Source of the DNA: an uncultured candidatus Porisulfidus sp.
GTDB taxonomy: Bacteria > Pseudomonadota > Gammaproteobacteria > Poriferisulfidales > Poriferisulfidaceae
Length of the DNA stretch: 64,000 nt
Reading direction: 5' to 3'
Assembly: GCA_965199755.1 (NCBI GenBank)
Contig: CBDASZ010000001.1
Location: forward strand, 416,001-480,000
Below the pieces are notes generated by a model that did no database searches, was not told the origin of the DNA, and saw only the letters and a list, made by a program, of their open reading frames with translations. A program made the position numbers and the translations under genes. Positions 30,441-41,558 of the stretch are shown here, piece by piece; position 1 is the first letter of the stretch, and each line of letters begins with the position of its first letter.

Positions 30441-30785
30441 TCAAAACAGAATAAGTTGTTCTTTTTTTGCGGGGCTTTTCCTTTCGCGGTTCTCAATTAA
30501 GCGGATATTTTCGTACTGTTTGTCGGTGATGGTCAGGATATGAATTGAGCCCTTCGGAGGGGGATCTTGCATGATCTTCCGTTCCATGGAATCGATGGCT
30601 TCTTTCCCGTCGAGGAGTCTGTAATAGACAGAATACTGAGCCATGTGAAACCCTTGATCGAGCAAAGATTTACGAAACTTGGTAGCATACTTGCGCTCCT
30701 TTTTCTTCAGAGTCGGCAGGTCAAACATCACTAGCATCCACAAAACTTTGTATCCGCTAATCCAAGTTCGTGCTCTGAGGGCCAT
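30441..30785 (-). CDS. cas2: CRISPR-associated Cas2
   Basis: SGYKVLWMLVMFDLP, FRKSLLDQGFHMAQYSVY, ITDKQYE. Confidence 0.97.
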   Translation of the reverse strand: MALRARTWISGYKVLWMLVMFDLPTLKKKERKYATKFRKSLLDQGFHMAQYSVYYRLLDGKEAIDSMERKIMQDPPPKGSIHILTITDKQYENIRLIENRERKSPAKKEQLILF

Positions 30786-30816
30786 GTTGAATTTGAGAGT
30801 TTCTGTATTTCTTGAC

Positions 30817-31734
30817 TCATAGCAGTTGACCAGGTTCTCGTACTTTCGCGATTGTCAGAGAAACTTGTTTATTCGCCACGCTTCCTGCGAAAGACTGAGC
30901 GAGCCTTGCCAAGCAGTTGCTGACTGGGGAAGCACCTATCTCTAAAATCATGTCTTCCCGCAAGACAGCAGCGATAGCACGCTTCTTTTCAACGTCCAGT
31001 TTAGGAGATTCTTCCGCATAGTTATCTTTGGCAATCGAGTCCACAAGAGGTCTGAACGGTTCCATTAGATCGTCAACAAGTGAAAACATGTTTACTCTGG
31101 TTCCATGATGAATTCCTAAAGCTGGATGTAGTCCAGCCGCACACACAGCTCTGGCGGTTGCCGCACGCAGTATCGTGTATCCATAGTTCAGATAGGTATT
31201 GATACCAGATAAAGTTTTGTTGCGCCGGAAATTTGCCCCCATCAGGGCACGCCAATATAACTTTGCTGCCTGTGCCTCTGTGTTGTCGGGGTCCCCGGAT
31301 TTGGTTTTTTTCTTCAAAACCTTAAGGCGTTTGATCGCATTTGTTTTTGGGCAGTGTCTCTCCAGTATGACTGACTGATTGTCAATTTTGGACTGGACGA
31401 TTGTTTTCCAAAGTCTTTTCTGTAGTGGTTTAGAGGTATTAATCTGGTCGCGCAAAATGCCTGCTGCTTCAAAGTGTGCTGAAAACGGAAGAGTGAAAGA
31501 AATAGGGTGCCAGTTTTTCCCACAGATCACAATGAGTGCCTTGCGCTCAGCGAGTTCTACCATCAGATTTTTTGACAATGTGATCTGCGGGCCAGAAAGT
31601 ATTAAGGCATCGATATCTTCAAGCGGGACTTTGCCCAATTCTGCTTTGGTGTCCCGCTCCGCAACCTTGAGGAATCCCCGATATACAGATAAATGGCGGC
31701 CTTCGTGGGAGATTTCCACCAACCCTCCGATCAT
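30817..31734 (-). CDS. cas1: CRISPR-associated Cas1 (type II)
   Basis: VPLEDI, GDPDNTEAQAA..YW, LNYGYTILRA, LGIHH, LVDDLMEPFRP. Confidence 0.98.
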   Translation of the reverse strand: MIGGLVEISHEGRHLSVYRGFLKVAERDTKAELGKVPLEDIDALILSGPQITLSKNLMVELAERKALIVICGKNWHPISFTLPFSAHFEAAGILRDQINTSKPLQKRLWKTIVQSKIDNQSVILERHCPKTNAIKRLKVLKKKTKSGDPDNTEAQAAKLYWRALMGANFRRNKTLSGINTYLNYGYTILRAATARAVCAAGLHPALGIHHGTRVNMFSLVDDLMEPFRPLVDSIAKDNYAEESPKLDVEKKRAIAAVLREDMILEIGASPVSNCLARLAQSFAGSVANKQVSLTIAKVREPGQLL

Positions 31735-34700
31735 TTCAATCCCCTTACTCTGCCGTCAGGAGTTACATGAATTTTCCGAAGCCCCATCTGGCCAAGCGGA
31801 TTGATACCAACATAGTTTTGGGATTTGGTAGCATCAAGATGAGGCACGACGTCAAGTCTGTTATTTGTAGTTGAAAAGCCTGCCACTCTGGCAATATGAA
31901 CTTTCCCATTACTCTTATACGTAATCATGTCGTCTTTGAACAAGCGACATACAAACTTTGCTGCAGGATGAGGTTTCTCTCTATTGTGATCTGGCGCACC
32001 GGGGCTATTGGGGTAGGGCCAGAAAACTCCTTCCCACTTATATTCATCAGATTTCCAATTTCCAACTTTGCCTTTTGGACAGCGCCATATATCGCAGCAC
32101 AGGAAAGAATCGGGAGCGTACCCCTTGTACTTCGCCGAACCTATTTTCTTAACAGTCTGGTTTGCGATCAAAATACGCACCTTGCGAACACCAGTCTTTT
32201 CTGAGTACTGTGTCAAAAGCCTTTTCTTTTCTGGGTCACTTACTTCTTTGGGGTTGGGAATGAGCCGCTGGATATCTCTGCGTATCGTGACATCGCGGAT
32301 TTGACCAAACTCTTTGGAAGAAAGACTTGTTAGTGGCTTCCGTGTTACGAGGTTGTAATCCGGGAGTTCAGGGTCGATAGAGTTCTCGGCAACAAACCCA
32401 TACGCCGTTTCTTGGTATATGCGGCCTTCTAGGCCATGGTCTGGTTTGAAAGCAACAGTAATGTCACCGATTTGAGAACGGAGAGTTTCAATATCGATTG
32501 GCAAGTCGGGCACTTGAATTCGTAGTGTTTCAATATCTCGCGCCGACTGGGCCGACACACTCTGTAAAACCGATCGTCCTGTCAACCCAATGACGGCGGC
32601 GTCCAAGGCATGATGGCGGTGGTCGTTCCGGTTTTTTGAAGAGTCATCGGACAGGATCCGATGGAGTTTCCATTTGCCTCGCAACAGGGCAGTAAGCCCA
32701 CCACGATTAGGGACAACCTGCTTCACGCCTTCCAGGCAACCAAGATAACTTTGAGCGATTCTCGCAATATAGGCGTTATCTGTGAGTTGTCGGGCGATGA
32801 AAGCATTATCCTTTTCGAACTTTTGCATCGCGTCAGGCCCGAAACGCCACGCTTTATTTGCGGGCAGTCTATCTGCTCGACCTCTGATCTCGGCCCACTC
32901 GATTCCTTCATCGGCATGCGCGTCCGAGGCAAAAGCTTCGTAGGGTGTTTTATTACCTTTGATTCGGTTGGCCCGGCGCATGGCCACGGTTTTATTACTT
33001 ATGGAGTCATCCAGTGTGCGTTTGAATGGCAGAAGATGCTCAACCTCAACTTCGTCGCTCATGAGTTTGCTGAATGAGATGGTCTCACCAGTAAAGGGAC
33101 ACCTTCTAAGAAGTTCATCTTTCGCAAGCTCTTCCCAGAGCCTCACTTTCTGTACATCGCGTGCGGATGGGTTAGCGATGTCATGCTGTTGCAGGCGTTC
33201 CCGTATTTGCTGGTTTTCACGTTGCCGTGTTGCCTGCTTCCGATTAATCTCGTCAGATAGCGATCGAGGCAACTTCAAGTCTCGTGTGAGTTCAACGTGT
33301 ACTTCTGTTGGGCTTTCCTCAAAGCGGTTAATTAATGCATTGACTACTCGTCGCAAACTGTTTAGGGCAACGTGAACTGTGGGGTTGTTAATTTTCCCAA
33401 AATGTTTTTCAGGCTCTTTATCTGGATCCTTGTTCGGATCCGCACCGAGCAATTTTTCAGAGAATACTTTTCCGTAGTACGGCAGAGTTTCCTGTGTATT
33501 TTCGTATCCTCCAATTTGACTATGGTGAAGTTGGTTTCCAGACTCATCACTCATTTCTGTTACGGCCTCTGTATACGGAAGGCCCTGATCCCGCATTATG
33601 GGGACGATCTCTTCCATGAATTTGCGTGAGACGTTGGCTGTTGCTCGACTGGGGTGGAATCGCAGCAACGCTTTTACAGTCTGCTCATCCAGGTTGAATT
33701 CTGAGAAAAGCCTTTCGCGCAATTCATCATCATCATTTTCTTCTTGAATAGCCTCGAAGATATCGTCAAGTTTTCCATCGTCACTTGCATTCGAGCAGCG
33801 AGTCTCCCAGAGAGGTCCCAACACGGGGTCTTCATTTAATTGTGCTCCGATAGAGTGGTTCTTTAGGGCTTTCCGTTTTTCATCTTCCAGGTTAAAACGA
33901 ATGCAGTCCGGGAAATACAGTGATCTTTTGTATTTCCGAATGCTCTCAAACTTGACATCCGATTTTCGGGTGTGGAGCAACTCCAGAACGATGTCACGTT
34001 GTTCACAACTGAGAGGGTGTTCTTTTTGGTCTTCGTCGATCCATCGCAGGTTATTTACTTCCTGATAGACCCTGAAATCATGTCCGATTGGAGTGTCGTT
34101 CCAGTGTCTGTGCTGGTCTGTGAAGAATTTGCAATAGCCTCTTTCGACAGGCCTCAAAGGATGTTGAAACAGTACATACTCTCGAAGTTCGTTCCAGTCA
34201 TCTTCCTTTATATGGGGATAGTGAGGGGCTTGCTCTTCCTTGATGGCATCAAATTCAACCGCATACATTTCACGGTTTGAGTAGAAGTCATCTTCTCCGC
34301 GAAAGCGTATTCCGTTGGGTTGGTGCCGCCCTTCCTTTTCGTAGTGTTGCCAAAGAAACTGGCCCAGAGTCTGGCCTTCCAGTTTTGCCTCCAGCTGTTC
34401 GATGCGCTCTTTTAATTTGCCGCCATCCTCATCTGAATTTTGCGCGATCCGGTTGGATTTGAACCCCCTGCGAATGCCAAGGTGATAAAGTGCGCGGCCC
34501 AACTCATAGGGCTCCAGTTTTCGCTCCAGTGCTTGGGCGCGCAAGTAGTAGGGGTTGTACTGTACGGCTTCCCCGTCAATGATGACAGCATTTGAGGCTT
34601 GGCCGTCCGCACTTTTTGCTCGGGGAGTTTGGAATAATTTGTCGCGCTCTTGTTCGGAATCAGGCATCAACCCCAATCTCATCAATTCGCGCATATATGC

Positions 34701-34952
34701 GCGGAGCCGGGTTCGGCGGCGGTCGCGATTGCGTCGCATACCTCTCGCCAAACGACGCTGTACTGCATTGCCATCTCCGATGCGACCACCTTTGGACGGT
34801 TCTCTACCGTCAGGGAAAATATAGACACCGCCCCCTAAAGATTCGGTAATTTTCCACTGTGATTTTTCATTATTGGGGTTTTCTTTTTCGATTCGGAAAG
34901 CCCACCATCCGAGAGAATTTGTTCCAAGGTCTAGTCCTAAACGCCAGTTCAT
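31731..34952 (-). CDS. cas9: Type II-C Cas9, 1073 aa
   Basis: RuvC-I LGLDLGTNSLG, Arg-rich bridge helix, RuvC-II HVELTRD, HNH EVEHLLP..N..ANRIKGN, RuvC-III HHALDA; no csn2 or cas4. Confidence 0.98.
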   Translation of the reverse strand: MNWRLGLDLGTNSLGWWAFRIEKENPNNEKSQWKITESLGGGVYIFPDGREPSKGGRIGDGNAVQRRLARGMRRNRDRRRTRLRAYMRELMRLGLMPDSEQERDKLFQTPRAKSADGQASNAVIIDGEAVQYNPYYLRAQALERKLEPYELGRALYHLGIRRGFKSNRIAQNSDEDGGKLKERIEQLEAKLEGQTLGQFLWQHYEKEGRHQPNGIRFRGEDDFYSNREMYAVEFDAIKEEQAPHYPHIKEDDWNELREYVLFQHPLRPVERGYCKFFTDQHRHWNDTPIGHDFRVYQEVNNLRWIDEDQKEHPLSCEQRDIVLELLHTRKSDVKFESIRKYKRSLYFPDCIRFNLEDEKRKALKNHSIGAQLNEDPVLGPLWETRCSNASDDGKLDDIFEAIQEENDDDELRERLFSEFNLDEQTVKALLRFHPSRATANVSRKFMEEIVPIMRDQGLPYTEAVTEMSDESGNQLHHSQIGGYENTQETLPYYGKVFSEKLLGADPNKDPDKEPEKHFGKINNPTVHVALNSLRRVVNALINRFEESPTEVHVELTRDLKLPRSLSDEINRKQATRQRENQQIRERLQQHDIANPSARDVQKVRLWEELAKDELLRRCPFTGETISFSKLMSDEVEVEHLLPFKRTLDDSISNKTVAMRRANRIKGNKTPYEAFASDAHADEGIEWAEIRGRADRLPANKAWRFGPDAMQKFEKDNAFIARQLTDNAYIARIAQSYLGCLEGVKQVVPNRGGLTALLRGKWKLHRILSDDSSKNRNDHRHHALDAAVIGLTGRSVLQSVSAQSARDIETLRIQVPDLPIDIETLRSQIGDITVAFKPDHGLEGRIYQETAYGFVAENSIDPELPDYNLVTRKPLTSLSSKEFGQIRDVTIRRDIQRLIPNPKEVSDPEKKRLLTQYSEKTGVRKVRILIANQTVKKIGSAKYKGYAPDSFLCCDIWRCPKGKVGNWKSDEYKWEGVFWPYPNSPGAPDHNREKPHPAAKFVCRLFKDDMITYKSNGKVHIARVAGFSTTNNRLDVVPHLDATKSQNYVGINPLGQMGLRKIHVTPDGRVRGLK

Positions 34953-34980
34953 ATCACCTAGTTTCCATTATCAATTCTGG

Positions 34981-35009
34981 TTGCTTTATGTTAGCAGATG
35001 TGATAACCT
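34981..35009 (+). promoter_or_regulatory. Putative tracrRNA promoter, divergent from cas9
   Basis: TTGCTT-N17-TAACCT with TGn extension, 7 nt upstream of the anti-repeat. Confidence 0.6.
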
Positions 35010-35015
35010 TCGGCC

Positions 35016-35105
35016 ATGTAGGTCAATCTGTCTTTTTGTGGCTACCCGTTAACAAGATTCAGATCACCAAATTGAGATGCCGCCTCCGGGCGGCATTTCC
35101 ATATC
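35016..35105 (+). ncRNA. tracrRNA
   Basis: Anti-repeat TGTAGGTCAATCTGTCTTTTTGTGGCTACCCGTTAAC (35017-35053) versus repeat reverse complement ATTGTAGGTCAAATCTTTTTTGGGGCTACCCGCAAC; 3' hairpin GAGATGCCGCC-TCCG-GGCGGCATTTC. Confidence 0.9.
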
Positions 35106-35207
35106 TTCCCGATTAAATGGCCGCATCAGGCCAGAGTCCCAACTCAAATTCAACCTGCATACGAAAAATTCTGGCCCCACTCATGCTCATTCCGCATGAG
35201 ACAAAAC

Positions 35208-35680
35208 TTATTTATCTTCACTTGTGTTCAGGCATACCGGGTCAGAAGGATCGCCGGCGACGCGATAGGCTTTGAAGGTATGTTCCCGTCCCGCATTTGA
35301 GTTAGGAATTTGGCTGGTGGCCATCTCATTAGTTCGCAGGTCAAAACTGTAAGCCACAACAACTTCGTCAGCTTCACGTCGTACGAGTGACCCGACTTCG
35401 ATCAGGTCATCATCAACTTTGTGGTCTTCTGAGCGATCAATGTCCGGTGGTGCGCGGTACCCTCGGTGAGCGCAAAGGGCGTCGGAGCGACATACATCTT
35501 TCTGTCGCGGACAAGAATATCGCCATAACTGCCAAATCCTCTGAAATTCTTGTTCTTGTGGACACAGTAGACTTGTCGTCCGTTGTGTTCACCGCGCGGG
35601 ACCTGACTCTTGCAGTCGTAATCGGCTTCTCGCCCGGGATAGGCCAAGCCTTTTAACTCGAAGCCTTCGGCCTCATGAAC
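35208..35680 (-). pseudogene. Frameshifted, 5'-truncated remnant of a conserved hypothetical (possibly nuclease-like) protein
   Basis: ..EGFELKGLAYPGREADYD..HKNKNFRGFGSYGDILVRDRKMYVAPTPF..HRTLI, a frame change near 35433, then SEDHKVDDDLIEVGSLVRREADEVVVAYSFDLRTNE..GREHTFKAYR..EDK* (manual translation). Confidence 0.6.
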
Positions 35681-35865
35681 CTCCGGGGTGCCACTTCTCT
35701 TTTCCAATGACTCTAACCCGACTGTTTCGAGACTCCTCAATCCGGTTGTCAAATCCGGCAATCCGTCTGCATCCCCTTGCAGCATAAGGGCGCGCGCGGC
35801 TGTGTGATAATAGGGCGCACAACCTGGAGCTGTCATAACTCATCAACCTATTGAGGACATCAACC

Positions 35866-36904
<1,039 letters not shown>

Positions 36905-36918
<14 letters not shown>

Positions 36919-37351
36919 AGCCAGAGTCTGGCACGAGGCCATGAACTTGCTGGCGCGGCGCGAACATTCCGCCAGTGAATTGCGCGGCAAACTGCGTGCC
37001 CGCGATCACGAATCCGCCCTCATCGAAACCGTGCTGCGTCAATTGCAGGAACAAGGATTGCAAAGCGACGAGCGTTTCGCCGAAACATGTACGAATTCGC
37101 TGATGGCGCGCGGCTACGGCTCCTTGCGGGTGCGCCACGAACTGCGTCAGAAGGGCGTGTCGGAGGAACTGGCGAGCACCTGTGAAACGCGGGCGCATAG
37201 CGATGATTTGTCGCGTGCGTGCGAGGCGCTGCGCCGCCGGCACCCGAACTCACAGCGCGAGCGTCAGTTGCGTTTTCTGGCGCAGCGGGGCTATCCTTCT
37301 GAGATCGCCTGGCGCGCGGCGAAAGAGAACCTGTCGCAAGACGAGTCGTGA
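36905..37351 (+). CDS. recX: Regulatory protein RecX
   Basis: [28 protein letters not shown]; follows recA. Confidence 0.93.
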
Positions 37352-37353
37352 TC

Positions 37354-39942
37354 ATGCAACAAAGCAGCGAGATTCGGCAAGCCTTTCTGGACTATTTCGC
37401 GCAGCACGGGCATGCGGTGGTGCCGTCTTCTCCATTGCTGCCCGCCAATGATCCCAGCTTGCTGTTCACCAATGCCGGCATGGTGCAATTCAAGGACGTG
37501 TTTCTCGGTCACGAGACGCGCACGCCGCCGCGGGCGGTTACCGCGCAGCGCTGCCTGCGCGCCGGCGGCAAGCACAACGATCTGGAGAACGTCGGCTACA
37601 CCGCGCGCCACCACACCTTTTTTGAGATGCTCGGCAATTTCAGTTTTGGGGATTACTTCAAGGAGGACGCGATCCGCTACTGCTGGGAATTTCTGACTGA
37701 CACGCTGGAATTGCCGCCGGAGCGTTTGTGGGTCTCGGTGTATGAGGAAGACGATGAGGCGGAACAGATCTGGCGCGAACAGATCGGGGTGAAGCCGGAG
37801 CGCTGCGTGCGGCTGGGCGCGGATGAGAACTTCTGGTCAATGGGCAACACCGGCCCCTGCGGCCCCTGCGCCGAGGTGTACTGGGACCATGGCGAGGCCT
37901 TGCCGGGCGCGCCGCTTGGGCAGGGCGATCCGGGCGACCGTTACGTTGAGATCTGGAACCTCGTATTCATGCAGTATCGGCGTGAGGCCGATGGCAGCAT
38001 GGAGTCGCTGCCGCGGCCATCGGTGGACACCGGCATGGGGTTGGAACGCATTTCGGCGGTGCTGCAAGGCGTCCACGATAACTACCAGACCGATCTGTTC
38101 CTTCCTCTACGTCAGACAATCATCGAGTTGGCACCGAACTCTGAATCGGCCTCGCTCAATGTGGTGGCTGACCATATTCGAGCCTGCGCTTTTCTGATTG
38201 CGGACGGCATCGCGCCGTCCAACGAAGGCCGCGGCTATGTGCTGCGCCGAATTATTCGCCGCGCCTTGCGCCACGGCAGCAAACTCGGACTGAAGGAGCC
38301 GTTCTTCCATCGTCTGGTCGCGCCGCTTGCCGAGGTGATGGGCGCCGCCTGCCCGCATCTGCTTCAAGTGCGCGAGCACGTGGAGCAGACCCTGCTGCAG
38401 GAAGAGGAGCGTTTCGCGCAAACCTTGCAGACCGGATTGAAAGTACTGGATGAGGGTCTGGGTAGCATGAGCGGCAAAACCATTTCCGGGGAGTTGGCGT
38501 TTTTGCTGTACGACACGTACGGATTTCCAATTGACCTGACTCAGGACATCGCGCGCGAGCGCGACTTGTCGGTGGATGTGGAGGATTACGAGCAGCGTAT
38601 GGATGAGCAGCGCGACCGGGCGCGCGAAAGCGCGCAGTTCGCCGTTGATCACTCAACGCTGAAGGATGTGGTGCAGGATGGCCGCTTTACCGGTTATGAG
38701 ACGCTGGAGCAAGAAAGTGAAGTGGTCGCCTTGTATCAGGATGGTCGGGACGTGCAGTCTGTGGAGTCGGGCACGGACGCGGTGGTGGTGCTGCAAGAGA
38801 CTCCGTTCTACGCGGAATCCGGCGGGCAGGTCGGGGACACCGGCTGGCTGCGTTCGGTCAGCGCTTCCTTTGAGGTGCAGGACACGCAAAAACACGGGCA
38901 GGCGCATGTGCATACCGGACGTTTGCGCGATGGCAGTCTGCATGTGGGCGATCGCGTGGCGGCCAGCGTGGATGCGCGGCGACGTCAGTCCGTGGTACTG
39001 AATCATTCAGCGACGCATTTGATGCACGCGGCCTTGCGCGAGATTCTCGGTGCGCACGTCACCCAGAAAGGCTCTTTGGTGGCACCGGATCGACTGCGGT
39101 TTGATTTCTCGCACCCGCAGCCAGTCTCGGAGGAAGAACTCCACCGCATAGAAGAGCTGGTTAATGCCGCGATTCGCCAGAACTATGAAGTGGAGGCAGA
39201 AGTCATGCCGCAGCAAGTGGCGCTGGACGCAGGTGCCTTGGCATTCTTTGGCGACAAGTATGGCGATGAAGTCCGCGTGCTACGCATGGGTGAGTTCTCC
39301 ATGGAATTGTGCGGCGGCACGCATGTGCGGCGTACCGGCGATATTGGCTTCTTTTGCATTGTCGCGGAATCAGGTATCGCCTCCGGGGTGCGACGTATTG
39401 AAGCGCTGACCGGAGCCAACGCCCATCGCTGGGCCCGCGAGCAGCACGAGGCTTTGATGCGCGCGGCGGGAGTGCTCCGCGCCGCCCCGCATGAGATACA
39501 GGAAAAACTGGAGCGCTGGATCGCGCAGCGTACGGAACTGGAGCGCGAACTGGAGCGGCTCAAAAGCAGTCGGGCGCATCAGGTAGGCGGGGATCTGGCG
39601 CAGCAGGCGGTGGAGGTCGCGGGGCTGCAGGTGCTGGCGGCGCAGGTGGATACGGATGTCAAGTCCATGCGTAGCATGCTCGATCAACTCAAGCAGAAAC
39701 TTGGCAGCGGCGTGATTGTGCTGGCGAGTGTGTCCGACGACAAGGTCAGTCTGGTCGCGGGCGTGACCCCGGATCAGACCGATCGCATTGAAGCAGGGGA
39801 CTTGGTCAATCAGGTGGCCGCGATGGTGGGCGGTCGTGGCGGTGGGCGCGCCGACATGGCGCAGGCCGGCGGCGATAATCCGCAAGATCTGGAAGCGGCG
39901 CTGGACGCCGTGCCACAATGGGTGCGTGAGCGCTTGGAGTGA
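37354..39942 (+). CDS. alaS: Alanine-tRNA ligase
   Basis: [47 protein letters not shown]. Confidence 0.99.
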   Translation: MQQSSEIRQAFLDYFAQHGHAVVPSSPLLPANDPSLLFTNAGMVQFKDVFLGHETRTPPRAVTAQRCLRAGGKHNDLENVGYTARHHTFFEMLGNFSFGDYFKEDAIRYCWEFLTDTLELPPERLWVSVYEEDDEAEQIWREQIGVKPERCVRLGADENFWSMGNTGPCGPCAEVYWDHGEALPGAPLGQGDPGDRYVEIWNLVFMQYRREADGSMESLPRPSVDTGMGLERISAVLQGVHDNYQTDLFLPLRQTIIELAPNSESASLNVVADHIRACAFLIADGIAPSNEGRGYVLRRIIRRALRHGSKLGLKEPFFHRLVAPLAEVMGAACPHLLQVREHVEQTLLQEEERFAQTLQTGLKVLDEGLGSMSGKTISGELAFLLYDTYGFPIDLTQDIARERDLSVDVEDYEQRMDEQRDRARESAQFAVDHSTLKDVVQDGRFTGYETLEQESEVVALYQDGRDVQSVESGTDAVVVLQETPFYAESGGQVGDTGWLRSVSASFEVQDTQKHGQAHVHTGRLRDGSLHVGDRVAASVDARRRQSVVLNHSATHLMHAALREILGAHVTQKGSLVAPDRLRFDFSHPQPVSEEELHRIEELVNAAIRQNYEVEAEVMPQQVALDAGALAFFGDKYGDEVRVLRMGEFSMELCGGTHVRRTGDIGFFCIVAESGIASGVRRIEALTGANAHRWAREQHEALMRAAGVLRAAPHEIQEKLERWIAQRTELERELERLKSSRAHQVGGDLAQQAVEVAGLQVLAAQVDTDVKSMRSMLDQLKQKLGSGVIVLASVSDDKVSLVAGVTPDQTDRIEAGDLVNQVAAMVGGRGGGRADMAQAGGDNPQDLEAALDAVPQWVRERLE

Positions 39943-39943
39943 C

Positions 39944-41164
39944 ATGAGTCTTTGGGTTCAGAAATACGGCGGCACCTCGGTTGGCACGACAGAAAAAATC
40001 CTCACCATCGCCAAGCGGTTGTACGAACAGCATCGTGAGGGCAATCAGTTGCTGGTGGTGTTGTCGGCCATGGGCGGAGAAACCGACCGCTTGCTGGCGC
40101 TGGCGCGCCAGATGCGTGCGGAACCGGAAGGGCGGGAACTGGACCTGCTTTTGTCCTCCGGGGAGCGGGTGAGCATTGCGCTGCTGTCGCTGGCGCTGCA
40201 GGAACTGGGTTGCTCGGCGGTGGGCCTGACCGGACGTCAGGCCGGGATCCTGACCGAGGCGCAACCGAACAAGGCGCGGATTCGCGAGATTGATGTCAGC
40301 TGTCTGCGCGACTTGCTGGATCAGGGCTGCGTGCCGGTGGTGGCGGGCTTTCAGGGAATGGACGAATCCGGGCAGGTGACCACGCTGGGACGTGGCGGAT
40401 CCGATACCACGGCGGTCGCGCTGGCGGCGGCTTTGGAGGCCGACGAATGTCGTATCTATACGGATGTGGAGGGAGTGTATACGGCGGATCCTCGATTGGA
40501 GCCGAGCGCGCGCAAACTGGAGCACCTGACTTATGAAGAGATGCTGGAGTTATCCGGTCTGGGCTCGCGCGTACTGCAGCTGCGCTCGGTGCTGTTCGCA
40601 GAAAAGTACAATGTGCCCTTGCGGGTGTTGCCGGCGTTCGGCACAGATTCCGGCACATTGATCTCGAAACAGGCACAAGCCATGGAACAGGCCACTATCG
40701 CGGGCATTGCGCACAATCGGGATGAGGCGCAACTGACCATGACCGGCGTCCCGGACACGCCAGGCATCGCCGCGCGCATTCTCGGCCCAATCGCCGAGGC
40801 GGAGATCGAGGTGGACATGATTGTGCAAAACGCCAGCCGCGATGGCGATTCCGATTTCACGTTCACGGTGCACCGCAACGATTACGCGCGCGCACTGGAG
40901 ATTCTGCAGCGCATCGGCGAAGAACTCGGTGCCCGCGAGACCGGTGGCAACCCTGAAATCGTCAAGGTGTCTCTGGTCGGCGTTGGCATGCGCTCGCATG
41001 CCGGCATCGCCAGTCGCATGTTTCGGGCGCTGGCCGAGGAGGGTGTGAATATTTCCATGATCTCGACGTCCGAGATCAAAATTTCCGTGGTGGTTGAGGA
41101 GCCGGCGCTGGAGACTTGCGTGCGTGCTCTGCACCGAGAGTTCGAGTTGGCGCAGGCATCGTAG
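39944..41164 (+). CDS. lysC: Aspartate kinase
   Basis: VQKYGGTSV, TTLGRGGSDTTA, two ACT domains, STSEIKIS. Confidence 0.97.
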   Translation: MSLWVQKYGGTSVGTTEKILTIAKRLYEQHREGNQLLVVLSAMGGETDRLLALARQMRAEPEGRELDLLLSSGERVSIALLSLALQELGCSAVGLTGRQAGILTEAQPNKARIREIDVSCLRDLLDQGCVPVVAGFQGMDESGQVTTLGRGGSDTTAVALAAALEADECRIYTDVEGVYTADPRLEPSARKLEHLTYEEMLELSGLGSRVLQLRSVLFAEKYNVPLRVLPAFGTDSGTLISKQAQAMEQATIAGIAHNRDEAQLTMTGVPDTPGIAARILGPIAEAEIEVDMIVQNASRDGDSDFTFTVHRNDYARALEILQRIGEELGARETGGNPEIVKVSLVGVGMRSHAGIASRMFRALAEEGVNISMISTSEIKISVVVEEPALETCVRALHREFELAQAS

Positions 41165-41223
41165 CGCTGAGGGTGTTACACTAACACTCACGCCGCAGGA
41201 AGCGGTTTGCAGGAGGCACAAAA

Positions 41224-41418
41224 ATGCTGATTCTGACGCGCAGAGTGGATGAGTGTGTAATGATCGGCGACGACATTACGCTCAAGGTTCTGGGAATTCG
41301 TGGCAACCAGGTTCGTATCGGCATCATGGCACCGCCGCAGGTGCGGGTATTCCGGGAGGAAATCCTGCCCGGCGGCAAGAAGGCCGAGCATGACGCGGAA
41401 GACGAGTCGGAACCATAG
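41224..41418 (+). CDS. csrA: Carbon storage regulator
   Basis: MLILTRR..IGDDI..QVRIGI.AP..V.REEI. Confidence 0.96.
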   Translation: MLILTRRVDECVMIGDDITLKVLGIRGNQVRIGIMAPPQVRVFREEILPGGKKAEHDAEDESEP

Positions 41419-41421
41419 TTC

Positions 41422-41512
41422 GGAGAGGTGGCTGAGTGGCTGAAAGCGCTCCCCTGCTAAGGGAGTATGGGCTAATAACCCATCGAGGGTTCGAATCCCT
41501 CCCTCTCCGCCA
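41422..41512 (+). tRNA. tRNA-Ser (GCT)
   Basis: Anticodon arm CTCCC-CTGCTAA-GGGAG, long variable arm, CCA; usual position after csrA. Confidence 0.96.
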
Positions 41513-41558
41513 GTATTCAGGCGTATTGAAGTTCGCCTGATTTAATCAGGTACGTATA

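Noticed and set aside
28158-30444. ORFs with repeated [12 protein letters not shown] or [12 protein letters not shown] peptides
   Set aside because: They are translations of the 36-bp CRISPR repeat, not proteins
35780-35865. LexA box upstream of recA
   Set aside because: CTGT half-sites occur but there is no CTGT-N8-ACAG palindrome
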